A stretch of DNA of 64,000 bases from NCBI GenBank assembly GCA_049516875.1, contig JBEKSS010000007.1, positions 64,001-128,000 on the forward strand, in the 5' to 3' direction. The stretch comes from Candidatus Bathyarchaeia archaeon. Its GTDB lineage: Archaea > Thermoproteota > Bathyarchaeia > Bathyarchaeales > Bathycorpusculaceae. Positions 28,640-38,722 of this stretch are shown here, one piece after another (within the stretch, counting starts at the first letter, position 1; each line of letters starts with the position of its first letter). Below the pieces are notes generated by a model. It did no database searches. It saw only the letters and a list, made by a program, of their open reading frames with translations, and was not told where the DNA came from. The position numbers were made by a program, and so were the translations under genes.

Positions 28640-31345
28640 TTGAAGAAGATTGGAGATAGGCTGCATGCTAACCATTTGGAAATCATAGTGCTTATTGTAC
28701 TTTTCCTGTTCAGCCTTAGAGTCATCAACTGGTTTGAACCACCATATATATTGACTAGTGGAGACTTGAGGGCTCCGTTAGTTAATCAAGCCTTTGTCAA
28801 TCGCGTCATGTACACGTGGAATGAGATAGACTTTGGTCTACCTTCAGTTTATTCTCCTAGAATTCTTGATCCGTTCTATTTTTTCATGACAGTTCTACAG
28901 TCTCTTGGCGTTGGCCTATATTTATCCGAGGTCGTGACAGTGTTTTTGTTGTTTTTCCTTTCATCTACACTTATGTATGTATTTGTGAAGCAAGTGACAA
29001 ACGGTGACGTTGTTGCATCACTCGTGGCTGCTCTCTATTTGACTTCTAATTTGTATCTGATCAATGACAGAGAAGCGACAGCTATTGGGTTCATAGATAT
29101 CACGCTAATTGTCTTGCCCTGTTTGATAACGTTCGTAAAAGGAATCAAGACACAATCATACAGAATGATAGCAATTTCAGGGATATTATGCACACTGACC
29201 TACGCCACGTTTCCAAACTACAGGACGACTCTTATCTGTCTAATCACGCTTGGCCTACTCTCTGTTTTTTATTTTGCAACTAAGGGGTTACATGTTAGTT
29301 TCAATAGTCAAAAGGGATCCAAGAAAATATCTGGGGTATACGTGGATGTTGCCTTGCTAGGACATTATTTTAAGCTTCTTGTAGTTTTTGTAACCGCGCT
29401 TTTGTCAGCGTCTATCTGGGTTGGTGCAATACTCTTTTCAAGTTTCAATGTTTTGAGTGCAGCATACGCTCAGATAACTACACCAGTGTTTGTTGGTGGC
29501 CTAAAATTATACGACGTAACAAGACTCATTGTAAAATGGGGTTTCTACAGCGGCGCTCTAGGCAGGCCATACCTCCCTTACGGCCATGTATACTTAGGCG
29601 ACCCCTTAATCATCATTCTTTGCTACTTTCCTGCCATTTTAGCGTTTGCAAGCCTGTTATTGTCCAAAAAACATGAAATTGCGCTGTTCTTTGGTTCTGT
29701 GGCCATTCTTGGCATTTTTCTAGCTTCAGGCTTCAGCTTCAATCAATATATAAACAATTTTTACACCGCTTTGGTGGGGCTTCCTTTTCTCAATGCCTTC
29801 AGAGAAGCGTCAAATTGGATATTCTTCGTAATTATCTCTTTCAGCATTCTCATAGGCATGACCTCATCGGTCGTGTTTCATAGGTTCAAAAACAAGGTGC
29901 TACGGATACTCGTGATAAGCCTTGTCGCTCTTCTCTTCATTACGACAACGTATCCCTTAACTACAGGTGAAGTTGCAGAAAACTGGCTTAGCCCAAACAT
30001 TAAAGGGACATATCTACCATCTTCTTATGTCCAACTCAATGATGTGCTTTCAAATCAGTACTGGGCTCTCTTGCTTCCACAAAGAGGTACTTACGTCACC
30101 TACAATTTTAGCGGGATGCCCTTTGGTGCTGGAAATCCTTACCCACTGATTTTTTCGAAGCCCATAATATCTGGATCAGGAACAGAATACATTCAGTCCG
30201 AAAACCTAGACTTGCTGAATAAAGTTTATGGATTGATGCTGACAAACGAGTATGAAAATGTAGCACCCGAAGGAAACGCTTCAGGGAGTTCAGTCGGAAA
30301 AAACGGATTAGTACCAGCTCAAGCCATTGATGGAGATTATGGCACCAGATGGGCGTCTGAACACGGTATGCCACAGTGGCTCGAAATCGATTGGAACAAG
30401 AACCAAGAATTGTCAAGAATAAAGATAGTTTTCGAAAATGCATACGCAAACGACTACACCATAGAAACGTGGAACGGCTCCAACTGGACAACCCAAACAA
30501 AAGTGGAAAACAACACCAGTCTTCAACCTGAATATGCATTTTCACAGTTGACTCCTACAACGAGGCTCCGCATAAACTTCACCGAGGCTTTACCCTTTAA
30601 TATGGTAAGCATATGGGAACTGGAGGTCTACGCTCACACCGAGGCAGTTTCAAAATTTCTAGGTATGTTGGGCATCGAATCCCTTGTACTTGAAAAAGAC
30701 ATTGTTTTTGGTAATGTATACGACGTGAGCGAGCTCAGGATTAACCAAAGCGACAACTTTATTCTAACTAAAGAATGGGACGAAGTCCTACTGTACAATA
30801 ACACCTGTGCGTTGCAGAAACTCTACACAGCCAATAACATCTTTAACTATGCAACATTAGATGACATTTTCCAAATCGTAGATAAGTCAGAATGGGAGAC
30901 TTTGCAACACTCCGCGCTTATCAATTCAACATCAACAAGCACAATAAAAAACGATGAGCTAGTGTCCCCAGAAAACTTTGTGTGGACAGAGCTCTCTCCC
31001 GCGAGCTATCTGGCACACGTGGAATCGACAGGTCCCTTTGTCTTAGTTTTTTTGGAGAGCTATGATGAACACTGGAAGGTGTCCGTAAACGGCAATCCAG
31101 TTTCTGAAACAAACCATCATGACGTGAACGCTTTTGCAAACGGTTGGCTAATAAACAGCACAGGAGACCTTACAATATCGATACAATATGAGACACAAAA
31201 CGTTTTTCTTATATCGGTAGTTGCGTCTTTAGTTCTTCCCGCGCTGTTACTAGCATTCTTGAGCAGAAAAGAACTAAGGAGGATCGGCAATCTAATTCGT
31301 CGCAGACTCAAATCCATGAAAGTAAAATCGAAACATGAGATGTGA
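28640..31345 (+). CDS. Multi-pass GT-C-like glycosyltransferase (AftD/DUF3367- or YfhO-like) with F5/8 type C (discoidin/CBM32) domain
   Basis: TSGD after TM1, ~12 TM, FREASNW, AIDGDYGTRWAS..QWLEID discoidin signature, ESYDEHW/NAFANGW C-terminus. Confidence 0.7.
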   Translation: MKKIGDRLHANHLEIIVLIVLFLFSLRVINWFEPPYILTSGDLRAPLVNQAFVNRVMYTWNEIDFGLPSVYSPRILDPFYFFMTVLQSLGVGLYLSEVVTVFLLFFLSSTLMYVFVKQVTNGDVVASLVAALYLTSNLYLINDREATAIGFIDITLIVLPCLITFVKGIKTQSYRMIAISGILCTLTYATFPNYRTTLICLITLGLLSVFYFATKGLHVSFNSQKGSKKISGVYVDVALLGHYFKLLVVFVTALLSASIWVGAILFSSFNVLSAAYAQITTPVFVGGLKLYDVTRLIVKWGFYSGALGRPYLPYGHVYLGDPLIIILCYFPAILAFASLLLSKKHEIALFFGSVAILGIFLASGFSFNQYINNFYTALVGLPFLNAFREASNWIFFVIISFSILIGMTSSVVFHRFKNKVLRILVISLVALLFITTTYPLTTGEVAENWLSPNIKGTYLPSSYVQLNDVLSNQYWALLLPQRGTYVTYNFSGMPFGAGNPYPLIFSKPIISGSGTEYIQSENLDLLNKVYGLMLTNEYENVAPEGNASGSSVGKNGLVPAQAIDGDYGTRWASEHGMPQWLEIDWNKNQELSRIKIVFENAYANDYTIETWNGSNWTTQTKVENNTSLQPEYAFSQLTPTTRLRINFTEALPFNMVSIWELEVYAHTEAVSKFLGMLGIESLVLEKDIVFGNVYDVSELRINQSDNFILTKEWDEVLLYNNTCALQKLYTANNIFNYATLDDIFQIVDKSEWETLQHSALINSTSTSTIKNDELVSPENFVWTELSPASYLAHVESTGPFVLVFLESYDEHWKVSVNGNPVSETNHHDVNAFANGWLINSTGDLTISIQYETQNVFLISVVASLVLPALLLAFLSRKELRRIGNLIRRRLKSMKVKSKHEM

Positions 31346-31348
31346 AAC
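31244..31348 (+). repeat. Direct repeat copy 1 (3' end of the 28640-31345 gene)
   Basis: tagcattcttgagcagaaaagaactaaggaggatcggcaatctaattcgtcgc... is near-identical to 32784-32890. Confidence 0.9.
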
Positions 31349-31454
31349 GCTTCCTAACAAACAACCTTCGTGGCGCGCGCGTAGCGCGTTTGCGGAACAG
31401 CCAAAAACATTCTATCTCGTGAAATTTAATTAGCCAGTCTGCTAATAACGTCTA

Positions 31455-32156
31455 ATGCAACAAAGAATTCGGCGGTGTAACAGATTCGGTGTATGTGATA
31501 TGGCAAATTACATTTTCACAAGGCTCAAAATATTTCTGAGCAACCCCATTAAAACGATAGAACGTTTGAAGCAGGTGGAACTATATGCACAGGAATATCA
31601 AGAGATTTTCATAGTTCAGCCATATTTCTGGCTCTTCAACCTAGTAAGACCAGGTACAACCATTGTAGACATAGGAGCCACCATAGGCGATACTTCGATC
31701 TACTTTGCAATGAACCCTAACGTGAGTAGAGTAATTGCTTATGAGCCAAACGTAAACTTGTTTAGAGAAGCAGAAGAGAATGTTAGTAAAAGCCCTTTTC
31801 CGCTTAGGCAAAAAATAACCCTGCACAAAGCTCAGATAGGCAATTATGAGGAATGGGGAGGGTGGATTGGAACAACTGATCGAAACGAGACAGATAAAAC
31901 AGAATATTCTTTGGATCAGGCTCTCCGACTACTGGATAACGTGGCGATAAAATGCGATGTAGAAGGAGCAGAAATTAACATCTTCAATGAAAGAACTGAC
32001 CTATCAAAAGTCTATGCCATCCAAATGGAATACCATCACGGAAGGTCTGCTCAGTTGATAGCTACACTCAGAAACAAAGGCTTCCTAACCAAAAGCGAGC
32101 ACACTGAAAACAGGTCAGACCTAGGCGAAATTGGACACATTTGCGCTTGGAAGTGA
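31455..32156 (+). CDS. FkbM family SAM-dependent methyltransferase
   Basis: VDIGATIGD, IAYEPN, IKCDVEGAE, QMEYH; alternative start at 31500. Confidence 0.88.
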   Translation: MQQRIRRCNRFGVCDMANYIFTRLKIFLSNPIKTIERLKQVELYAQEYQEIFIVQPYFWLFNLVRPGTTIVDIGATIGDTSIYFAMNPNVSRVIAYEPNVNLFREAEENVSKSPFPLRQKITLHKAQIGNYEEWGGWIGTTDRNETDKTEYSLDQALRLLDNVAIKCDVEGAEINIFNERTDLSKVYAIQMEYHHGRSAQLIATLRNKGFLTKSEHTENRSDLGEIGHICAWK

Positions 32157-32393
32157 ACTTCAGATAATTAAACAAGGCAACCGTCAAATAGGCTTTCTGT
32201 ACAGTCTAACTCGTTCAATTTAGTCACGTTTCCGAAGCCTCCGCAATCAACAAGTAAGCTTCAGCCAAGTTCTCAGCGCCTTACACAGATAATTCTCCAT
32301 TCGAAATGGGAGTGGTTTAAAGCAATCTGGTGGGGATGTATAGGTTTAGACTCTCTTTTAATTCTTACAAAGCTTCGGCGGACCAAGGGGGAC

Positions 32394-32568
32394 TTGAAAC
32401 TACTTTGAAAGTAGTTTGAAACTAGCGCGCATGTGTATTTCTAAATTCCTCTCTTGGCTGCAACAAAGTTGGGCGGCAGAGGGCACGCTTTCGCCGTGTT
32501 GTATCATATTTGTATCATACGGTAGACCCGGGGTAGGGTGTGTCAGCACACAAGCCTAGACCCGGGTA
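32394..32568. repeat. Short iterated repeats and inverted repeats
   Basis: ttgaaa(c/g)ta.. x3 at 11-bp period containing aaactacttt-g-aaagtagttt; tgtatcata x2; tagacccggg(g)ta x2. Confidence 0.55.
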
Positions 32569-32783
32569 ACCTCTGGTGACGCACTAGTGCATCATCCAAA
32601 ACCATGATTTCCAACCCGCAACAGCCCAAGGCCTCGCATCATCCTGACAACGGTTTTCACACTCTGGACACGCAGCCGCCAAAGAACGGAAACGAAGAAG
32701 CAAACACATCCAACCCACAAACGAATTTAGGAACAGGCATGCGCGCGTTTGGGCCGTATTCAAAAGGTCTTGGGCACTGTGGC

Positions 32784-32890
32784 TTATTATTAGCATTTTT
32801 GAGCAGAAAAGAACTAAGGAGGATCGGCAATCTAATTCGTCGCGCGCGCTCAAATCCATAGAAGTCAAATCGAAACAGGAAACGTGAAAC
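32784..32890 (+). repeat. Direct repeat copy 2 (degenerate duplicate of the GT-C gene 3' end)
   Basis: Encodes LLLAFLSRKELRRIGNLIRR, then frameshifts at cgcgcgcgc. Confidence 0.9.
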
Positions 32891-32908
32891 ACATCTAGAC
32901 AATCTTGG

Positions 32909-33748
32909 TTACAAGTCTAGCTTGGAATAAACTACGCCCGAAGTCGTCGCAGAATATTCTAGAATTTTCAAGAGAGTTACGCCGAAGGCTAGCTTTGGTC
33001 TTCTCAAAAATCTTCTCCAGTTTTTCATGAAAAGTGCAGACCTGAACCATACGCTCGTTTGCACGATTGAATAATCGCCATACTTGCGCCTGTACAAATG
33101 AACGGTTTTCCCATAGTAGAACTTCTTCCTAAGCCATGTCATAAGTGAGAAATCTTCTTCATGATGAAGTATCACGGCTTTAATCCGTGGAAATATGCCG
33201 TGCTTCTCTCTTTGAATCTTATAGGGTAAAGTGGATTCCTCAAAAAAAGTCAGTCCTTCTTCGAACCCTCCGACTTCTTTGGCAAGCTTTGCTGGAAAGA
33301 ATCTTGCAGATTCAACGATAGATCCAGGGTAAAAGCTTCTTTCAAAGTCGCGGGCTTTCACCCAAAAGCTACTCCCGACAGAGCGTTCAGGTATCACAAT
33401 GCCTCCTATGTATGGCGATCTCTGAGCAAGTTCAACGCACTCGCCTATTACGTTGCGAATGAGTTCCATGTCTGAATCAACAAAGAGCAGATATTCTCCT
33501 AACGAACGTCTCATTCCTTCGTTCTTTGCTTCAGCTCTTCCTCTCTTGGGATTTCTTATTACATTACATTCATATTTTTCGGCAATTTCAAGAGTAGTGT
33601 CTGTCGAACCATCATCGGCAACAATGACTTCTACCTTTTTCCAGGTCTGTCTTTTCAATGATTCAAAACATTTCACCAAAAATCTTTCAGAGTTATAAGT
33701 TGGAATTATGACAGAAACGAGTGGTTGTTCCATTCCGTTCTTCTGCAT
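32909..33748 (-). CDS. Glycosyltransferase family 2
   Basis: VSVIIPTYN, DDGSTD, FVDSD. Confidence 0.9.
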   Translation of the reverse strand: MQKNGMEQPLVSVIIPTYNSERFLVKCFESLKRQTWKKVEVIVADDGSTDTTLEIAEKYECNVIRNPKRGRAEAKNEGMRRSLGEYLLFVDSDMELIRNVIGECVELAQRSPYIGGIVIPERSVGSSFWVKARDFERSFYPGSIVESARFFPAKLAKEVGGFEEGLTFFEESTLPYKIQREKHGIFPRIKAVILHHEEDFSLMTWLRKKFYYGKTVHLYRRKYGDYSIVQTSVWFRSALFMKNWRRFLRRPKLAFGVTLLKILEYSATTSGVVYSKLDL

Positions 33749-33759
33749 TCGAACTCACT

Positions 33760-34851
33760 TTAAGCGGCTTTGATAACATTCAGGAACTCGTCAGCTACTT
33801 TATCCCAACTAAAACCCCTAGAATATGCCAAGGCCTTTTCTGAAAGCCTGACCCTTAAAACGTCACTCTCCAAAACCTGAAAGATTGCTTCCCCCAAGGC
33901 ATCTACATCGCCAGATTTAACTAGAAGCCCTGTTTCGTCACTAATGACAGCGTCTCTCAGACCCGCAACATCATAAGCAACGCATGGTACGCCCAAAGCG
34001 TTTGCTTCAACTACATTCAAACCGAAACCTTCCCTAACACTCGGATTAACCAAAACCCAAGCCTTCTTAATAAGCTCCCTTCTTTCTTCATTAGAAACAG
34101 AGCCGAGAAACCTAACGCCTTCAACGGCAATTCTCATCAACTTTCCGCTGAAGTAGCCATCTCCAATTATCCATAGCTCTGCATCAGGAACTTTGCTCTT
34201 AACAATCTTGAACGCTTCGATTGCCTGGTCAGGCCTCTTTGCCTTATTCAACCTGCCCGCAAAGACTATGACAGGAAAATGCTCTTTCTCTCCCAATTTC
34301 TCTAAAGGCTTGAAATTCAAGCCTTCACCGACGACAAAAACCTTTTTGAACCCTAAGTCAACCAAATCTTTTCTGCTGCTCTCTGAAACAGTCACCGTTG
34401 GAATCGATTTGTAATTTTTTAGCCACCTCTCTTCAAGAAAATAGTATCCCAAGTAGTCTATTGGAAACGGGGTTTCATAAAACCAGTATTCCCTTGCTAA
34501 TTGATGTATCAGCGCAAAGATTTTTTCGCCGTTCTTGACAAACTTCGGCGTAAAGAAGGGCACAGTGTTAATCTCGTCAATGACGATTTCATACCCTTCT
34601 TTTGAGAAGAACTTTCTGTAGTATTCTCTAGCTTTCAAATACGCAGAATATCTTCCGCCTTCCCTGACAATTCTTACTCCATCAACGACCTCTTCGGCTT
34701 TACAATTCTTAAACCTGGAAGTGAACAAAGTTGCTTCGTGTCCAGTTTCAACCCACCTCCTCAGAATTTCGTGGGTGAAAACTTCAGCTCCTCCCATTTC
34801 AGGATTCAACCAACAGCGCCAGTTAAACATCAGAATCTTGAGCTTTTCCAT
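33760..34851 (-). CDS. Glycosyltransferase family 4
   Basis: GGAE, GRLNKAK, EGFGLNVVEA (Ex7E); alternative GTG start at 34911. Confidence 0.9.
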   Translation of the reverse strand: MEKLKILMFNWRCWLNPEMGGAEVFTHEILRRWVETGHEATLFTSRFKNCKAEEVVDGVRIVREGGRYSAYLKAREYYRKFFSKEGYEIVIDEINTVPFFTPKFVKNGEKIFALIHQLAREYWFYETPFPIDYLGYYFLEERWLKNYKSIPTVTVSESSRKDLVDLGFKKVFVVGEGLNFKPLEKLGEKEHFPVIVFAGRLNKAKRPDQAIEAFKIVKSKVPDAELWIIGDGYFSGKLMRIAVEGVRFLGSVSNEERRELIKKAWVLVNPSVREGFGLNVVEANALGVPCVAYDVAGLRDAVISDETGLLVKSGDVDALGEAIFQVLESDVLRVRLSEKALAYSRGFSWDKVADEFLNVIKAA

Positions 34852-34903
34852 TACGTTTCTCCCACAGCGAATCACCGCGCAGCACTTTTCAAAAACGCTT
34901 GTG

Positions 34904-35614
34904 CTAGCCACGCTGATAATACTTCAAAACTCTCAGTCTGTACGCAATTCCAAACATGTCCACGGTCATTCGAAAGATTTCCCTAAAACTGATCATGCTC
35001 CTAATGCAGACATCAACAGGCAGATCAACAATCCTGTAGCCAGCGTGGTTACACGCGCCTATCAGTTCTAAATCAAAAGCGTACCGCTTTACAACAAACT
35101 TTGGGGCCATTCTCTCCAGAACTTCTCTTCTGAAGGCTTTCAGCCCGGTTTGAGTGTCCGTCAGTTTTATTCCAGTGAGCAGCCTGGACAACGCGTTGAA
35201 ACCGAAACTCAGTATCTTCCTTCTCAACGTAACCGTTGTACGTGACTGAGGATGCCACTTTGAAGCAACCGCAATGTCGTTCGTTTTCAAAGCCTCAACG
35301 TAATTGGGAATAAACGTTGGATCAACATCCAAATCACCGTCTATAACGACGATGGAATCACCTTGTGAGTGTGCAAACCCCATCTTTATGGCATTTCCCT
35401 TGCCCATGTTCTTGTCATAGCCAACAACTTTCAAGCAACCATTGCTTTTCTCGCTGATGTGGTTGACCGCTTTCTGCCTTGTATCGTCTAAGCTTCCATC
35501 ATCGACGACCACAATTTCATAGTTCCAACCAGTCGCACTCATAACGCAGTCAACTTTGTCAATAGTGTCTTCAATGACTTTTCCTTCGTTGTAAGCGCAT
35601 ATAACCACTGACAC
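34904..35614 (-). CDS. GT2, dolichyl-phosphate hexose transferase-like
   Basis: AYNE, DDGSLD, NMGKGNA, DGDLD, DTQTGLKAF, FDLE; possible CTG start at 35632. Confidence 0.88.
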   Translation of the reverse strand: MSVVICAYNEGKVIEDTIDKVDCVMSATGWNYEIVVVDDGSLDDTRQKAVNHISEKSNGCLKVVGYDKNMGKGNAIKMGFAHSQGDSIVVIDGDLDVDPTFIPNYVEALKTNDIAVASKWHPQSRTTVTLRRKILSFGFNALSRLLTGIKLTDTQTGLKAFRREVLERMAPKFVVKRYAFDLELIGACNHAGYRIVDLPVDVCIRSMISFREIFRMTVDMFGIAYRLRVLKYYQRG

Positions 35615-35632
35615 ATCAATCTTGTCTTCCAG

Positions 35633-35851
35633 CTAAGCTCGCCCTCCAAGTGCTTTCTCTCTAATGAAGCCTACCGCTTGCAAAACAACGCCAACAACCA
35701 AAAAACCATAACCAAGGACCGCCACGTCATCCACTATCGGGCTTCCTTGAATCAGCAGAAAAGCAGAAGTCAAAACAAGCGCTTGGAAAACAATGACAAA
35801 GAGTGCCCCAGGATTCCCAGCGAAGTACTTCTTGACCTTGGCTAACTTCAT
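35633..35851 (-). CDS. Small two-TM membrane protein in glycosylation operon
   Basis: 72 aa, two hydrophobic helices, RBS-like gaggg upstream, abuts the GT2 gene. Confidence 0.65.
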   Translation of the reverse strand: MKLAKVKKYFAGNPGALFVIVFQALVLTSAFLLIQGSPIVDDVAVLGYGFLVVGVVLQAVGFIREKALGGRA

Positions 35852-36736
35852 CCTTCTACCCTCTCGTAAACAAGCATTAATTCAACATCATTTGGCTACA
35901 GATTTAAAACCCAAAACATATAAGACTTGTCCCCTCCGCGCGCGCCAACCTTTCCTGCAACAGTGCCAAGACACAAAAAAGAAGTCAGTATCTCGTCCTA
36001 AGCATTGGTGCGTCTTTCTAATGGCTGGTCAGAAGCAGGTTTCAACCAAGAAACGTCATCTTCTGATTGTGGCTGGGTGCTTTCTATTTCCTGCTTATAC
36101 CCGTTATTGATTTAATGCCTTACTAGAGTCTCGCTGGTAGAAGCCCGCGATCTATATTGGAACCATTTTAGTTAATCACAAACGCGTGCTCGTACGGTGC
36201 TTTTCTCAACTTCATTATGGCGGGCGTCAAAGGGCTTGAAGAACTCAGACTAGGAGCTGACGGCGCCAGTGGTAGCAGAGTGCGTTGAAACGTGTCTTGT
36301 GGAGGCTGTAAAAGCCGCAATTATTCCAGAAGAATCGGTCACCAGAGGTTTTCTTTCAGAATGTCAAAAGATAGAAAAAGTATGCATGCTAGAGACAGAT
36401 TATCCGAAGCTCCTAGATTCTTCAAGAGAAGCGTCTTCCAGAAACTCGAATCGATCGATCCCAGTGCAAATTGCTCTGCTGAAGAAGGTCGGGCGTGTAG
36501 GTTATTATATAGGTTCCGAAAGCATAAGTTAAATATTTTATATCGCGCGCATGCTTGTTCCCAAATTCTTTGCGAGGTGGCTTGTGCCATTGACTTTGCT
36601 TGATCTGTGGATGACGATGTGACGCGGGATATTGGAAGCATCGTCTAGAAGGCGTGAATCAACTCGGTCATACTTGAAAAAGGGAATTTAGGAACACCCT
36701 AGCGCGCTACAATGATAACAATGGCAAATAATAATG

Positions 36737-37522
36737 TTACTTACTTCTAGCCTTAATATGGACTGTGATAGAGTTGCTAAAAGGCTTGAAGAACTTCATC
36801 AGAAGACAATAAATCAATAGGTAAGCTTTAGTAACGACCAGGTTGTTTTCATGCTTTGAAAATATCTTCGGGACATACGTCCATTGCCTTTTAAATGCTA
36901 CAATATACCCTTCTTTCTTAACGCCAGCTTTCAAATCCTTCAAACCAAAACGATGAGGTCTATCTCCAGAAGGTTCTCCTTCCTTAAACATCGACTCCTT
37001 CAGTACGTTAACTGTCAGAAATTCGATGGGCTTTGGAAGATTAGCCGGCTCGTCGCCTAACGTGAAAAAATTAGACACTCTTAAGGCTTCACGTATTCCA
37101 TCATAAGGCTCAGGGATATGATGCAACGCCTCATAGGTGAAGGCAGAGTCAAAGACGCGGTCTCGGAAGGGCAGGTTCTCTGCATCCCCACGGACTACGT
37201 CACCCTCTATGCCCTCACGCCTAGTACGGGCTAACGCAATCCGGCAGAAACTAGGTGAAAGCTCTACTCCCACATACTTCCCCCCTTTCTCAGCAACAAG
37301 TTTGGCAAACCACCCTCCGCCACAACAGATATCAAGAACCCTTTTACCCTCCACATTACCCATCATGCCCAAAACGACCCGTGCATTATTCAAATGAACT
37401 ATGGTCCATAGGACACCTAATGAAGCAGGCTTCTCCAGCTCCTTAGCGTAATTTTCGCATTTGGAGAGTACCCTTTCCCAAGCATGAATCTCCTTGACCT
37501 TTTGTTCAACGGATTTACTCAA
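36737..37522 (-). CDS. Class I SAM-dependent methyltransferase (Methyltransf_11)
   Basis: VLDICCGGG, GDAENLPFRDRVFD, ALHHIPEP. Confidence 0.88.
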   Translation of the reverse strand: MSKSVEQKVKEIHAWERVLSKCENYAKELEKPASLGVLWTIVHLNNARVVLGMMGNVEGKRVLDICCGGGWFAKLVAEKGGKYVGVELSPSFCRIALARTRREGIEGDVVRGDAENLPFRDRVFDSAFTYEALHHIPEPYDGIREALRVSNFFTLGDEPANLPKPIEFLTVNVLKESMFKEGEPSGDRPHRFGLKDLKAGVKKEGYIVAFKRQWTYVPKIFSKHENNLVVTKAYLLIYCLLMKFFKPFSNSITVHIKARSK

Positions 37523-37546
37523 GGTACAGCCTCACCATCGGGAATA

Positions 37547-38722
37547 TTACCTCTTTGCGGGGGCCAGTACATCCCGGAAGACACAATATACTTCTTTTGC
37601 ATATTTTTCCCAAGTCAAGTTTTCCCGTACATACTGCCGTCCTCTACTCACCATGTCCTCCACAAGCTCAGGATGTTTTAAGGTAAAGGTCACGGCGTCC
37701 ACCATGTCTTCAACTTTGGGATTGATGAGAAAACCTATCTTCTCCCGTCTCATGACCTCGGAGGCTCCGCAACCTATAGATACTATGGAGAGCTTTCCAG
37801 CCACCAATGCTTCAAAAGGAACCAAACCCCAAGTCTGATCCTTGACCGGGAAGAGATTAATATCACACGCATAATAGAGGCTGCGAAGTTCATTTTCGGA
37901 AACACTACCCGTGAAAATAACGTCCTTCTCCAAATTGAGCCTCTCAGCCTCCTTCTGTAAAATGGGTTTCCATGGGCCCTCGCCCACAATCATCAGTTTG
38001 CAATCTAAATGCTGATTCAGGCGCTTTAAAGCGCGGATGCTTAGAATATGGTTCTTCCTTTGGATCAAGCTGCCCACATGAAGCAGAAGAGTACAATCAC
38101 CCAGCCCCAGACGAGCTTTAGCATCAGGAACCTCTACACTAAAGAAGTCATAGTCTACGCCTGTATGAATAACCACAGCGTTTCTGCCATATCTCTCCTT
38201 AATAAGGCGACTGTTGAGCTCGGAACATGTGATGATAGGTTCAACACATCCATCAACTATACGCTTGTCAATCGCCTTAGCCAACCCAAGAGCGAACCGG
38301 AAAAAATAGCTTCTATCGTAAACATCCTTGGTTTGGCTGTAGGGTCCTAGAACCTCACTGCTCAACCAAACCACTGGCTTGCCAGTTCTTGCAAAGTAGG
38401 TCGCCCAATAAGAGGGGAAGTTGCAGGCGCTCACTAGGTCAAACCCATCAGAACACCTTCTGAGAAGTCTAACCAAAGAGGTAAACACGCCTAGCGTCGA
38501 CGTGAACACTGTACTAACGCCGTCTATAGCGGGCGGCGCGATCTGTTTCGCGGGCAAGAGATAATTCAGCTCCTTAAGATGAGATGGAAGTTTGCTTAAA
38601 TATAGGGAAAGCGTCGCTATGCTCGTGTCGCAGCCCATAGAGTTTAGGTGATAGGCGAGGTGTAGGACCGCCTTTTCAGCGCCGCCTGCAAAAACGTGAG
38701 GGGTAACAATCAAAACCTTCAA
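37547..38722 (-). CDS. Glycosyltransferase family 4
   Basis: GGAEK, VGSLIQRKN, QTWGLVPFEA. Confidence 0.9.
   Translation of the reverse strand: MKVLIVTPHVFAGGAEKAVLHLAYHLNSMGCDTSIATLSLYLSKLPSHLKELNYLLPAKQIAPPAIDGVSTVFTSTLGVFTSLVRLLRRCSDGFDLVSACNFPSYWATYFARTGKPVVWLSSEVLGPYSQTKDVYDRSYFFRFALGLAKAIDKRIVDGCVEPIITCSELNSRLIKERYGRNAVVIHTGVDYDFFSVEVPDAKARLGLGDCTLLLHVGSLIQRKNHILSIRALKRLNQHLDCKLMIVGEGPWKPILQKEAERLNLEKDVIFTGSVSENELRSLYYACDINLFPVKDQTWGLVPFEALVAGKLSIVSIGCGASEVMRREKIGFLINPKVEDMVDAVTFTLKHPELVEDMVSRGRQYVRENLTWEKYAKEVYCVFRDVLAPAKR

Noticed and set aside
32604-32861. 85-aa ORF ending in LLLAFLSRKELRRIGNLIRR
   Set aside because: Chance frame running into the duplicated gene end, not an independent gene
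35900-36720. Several 87-105-aa ORFs in the glycosylation island spacer
   Set aside because: Overlapping in conflicting frames with no motifs; probably decayed sequence that I cannot assign
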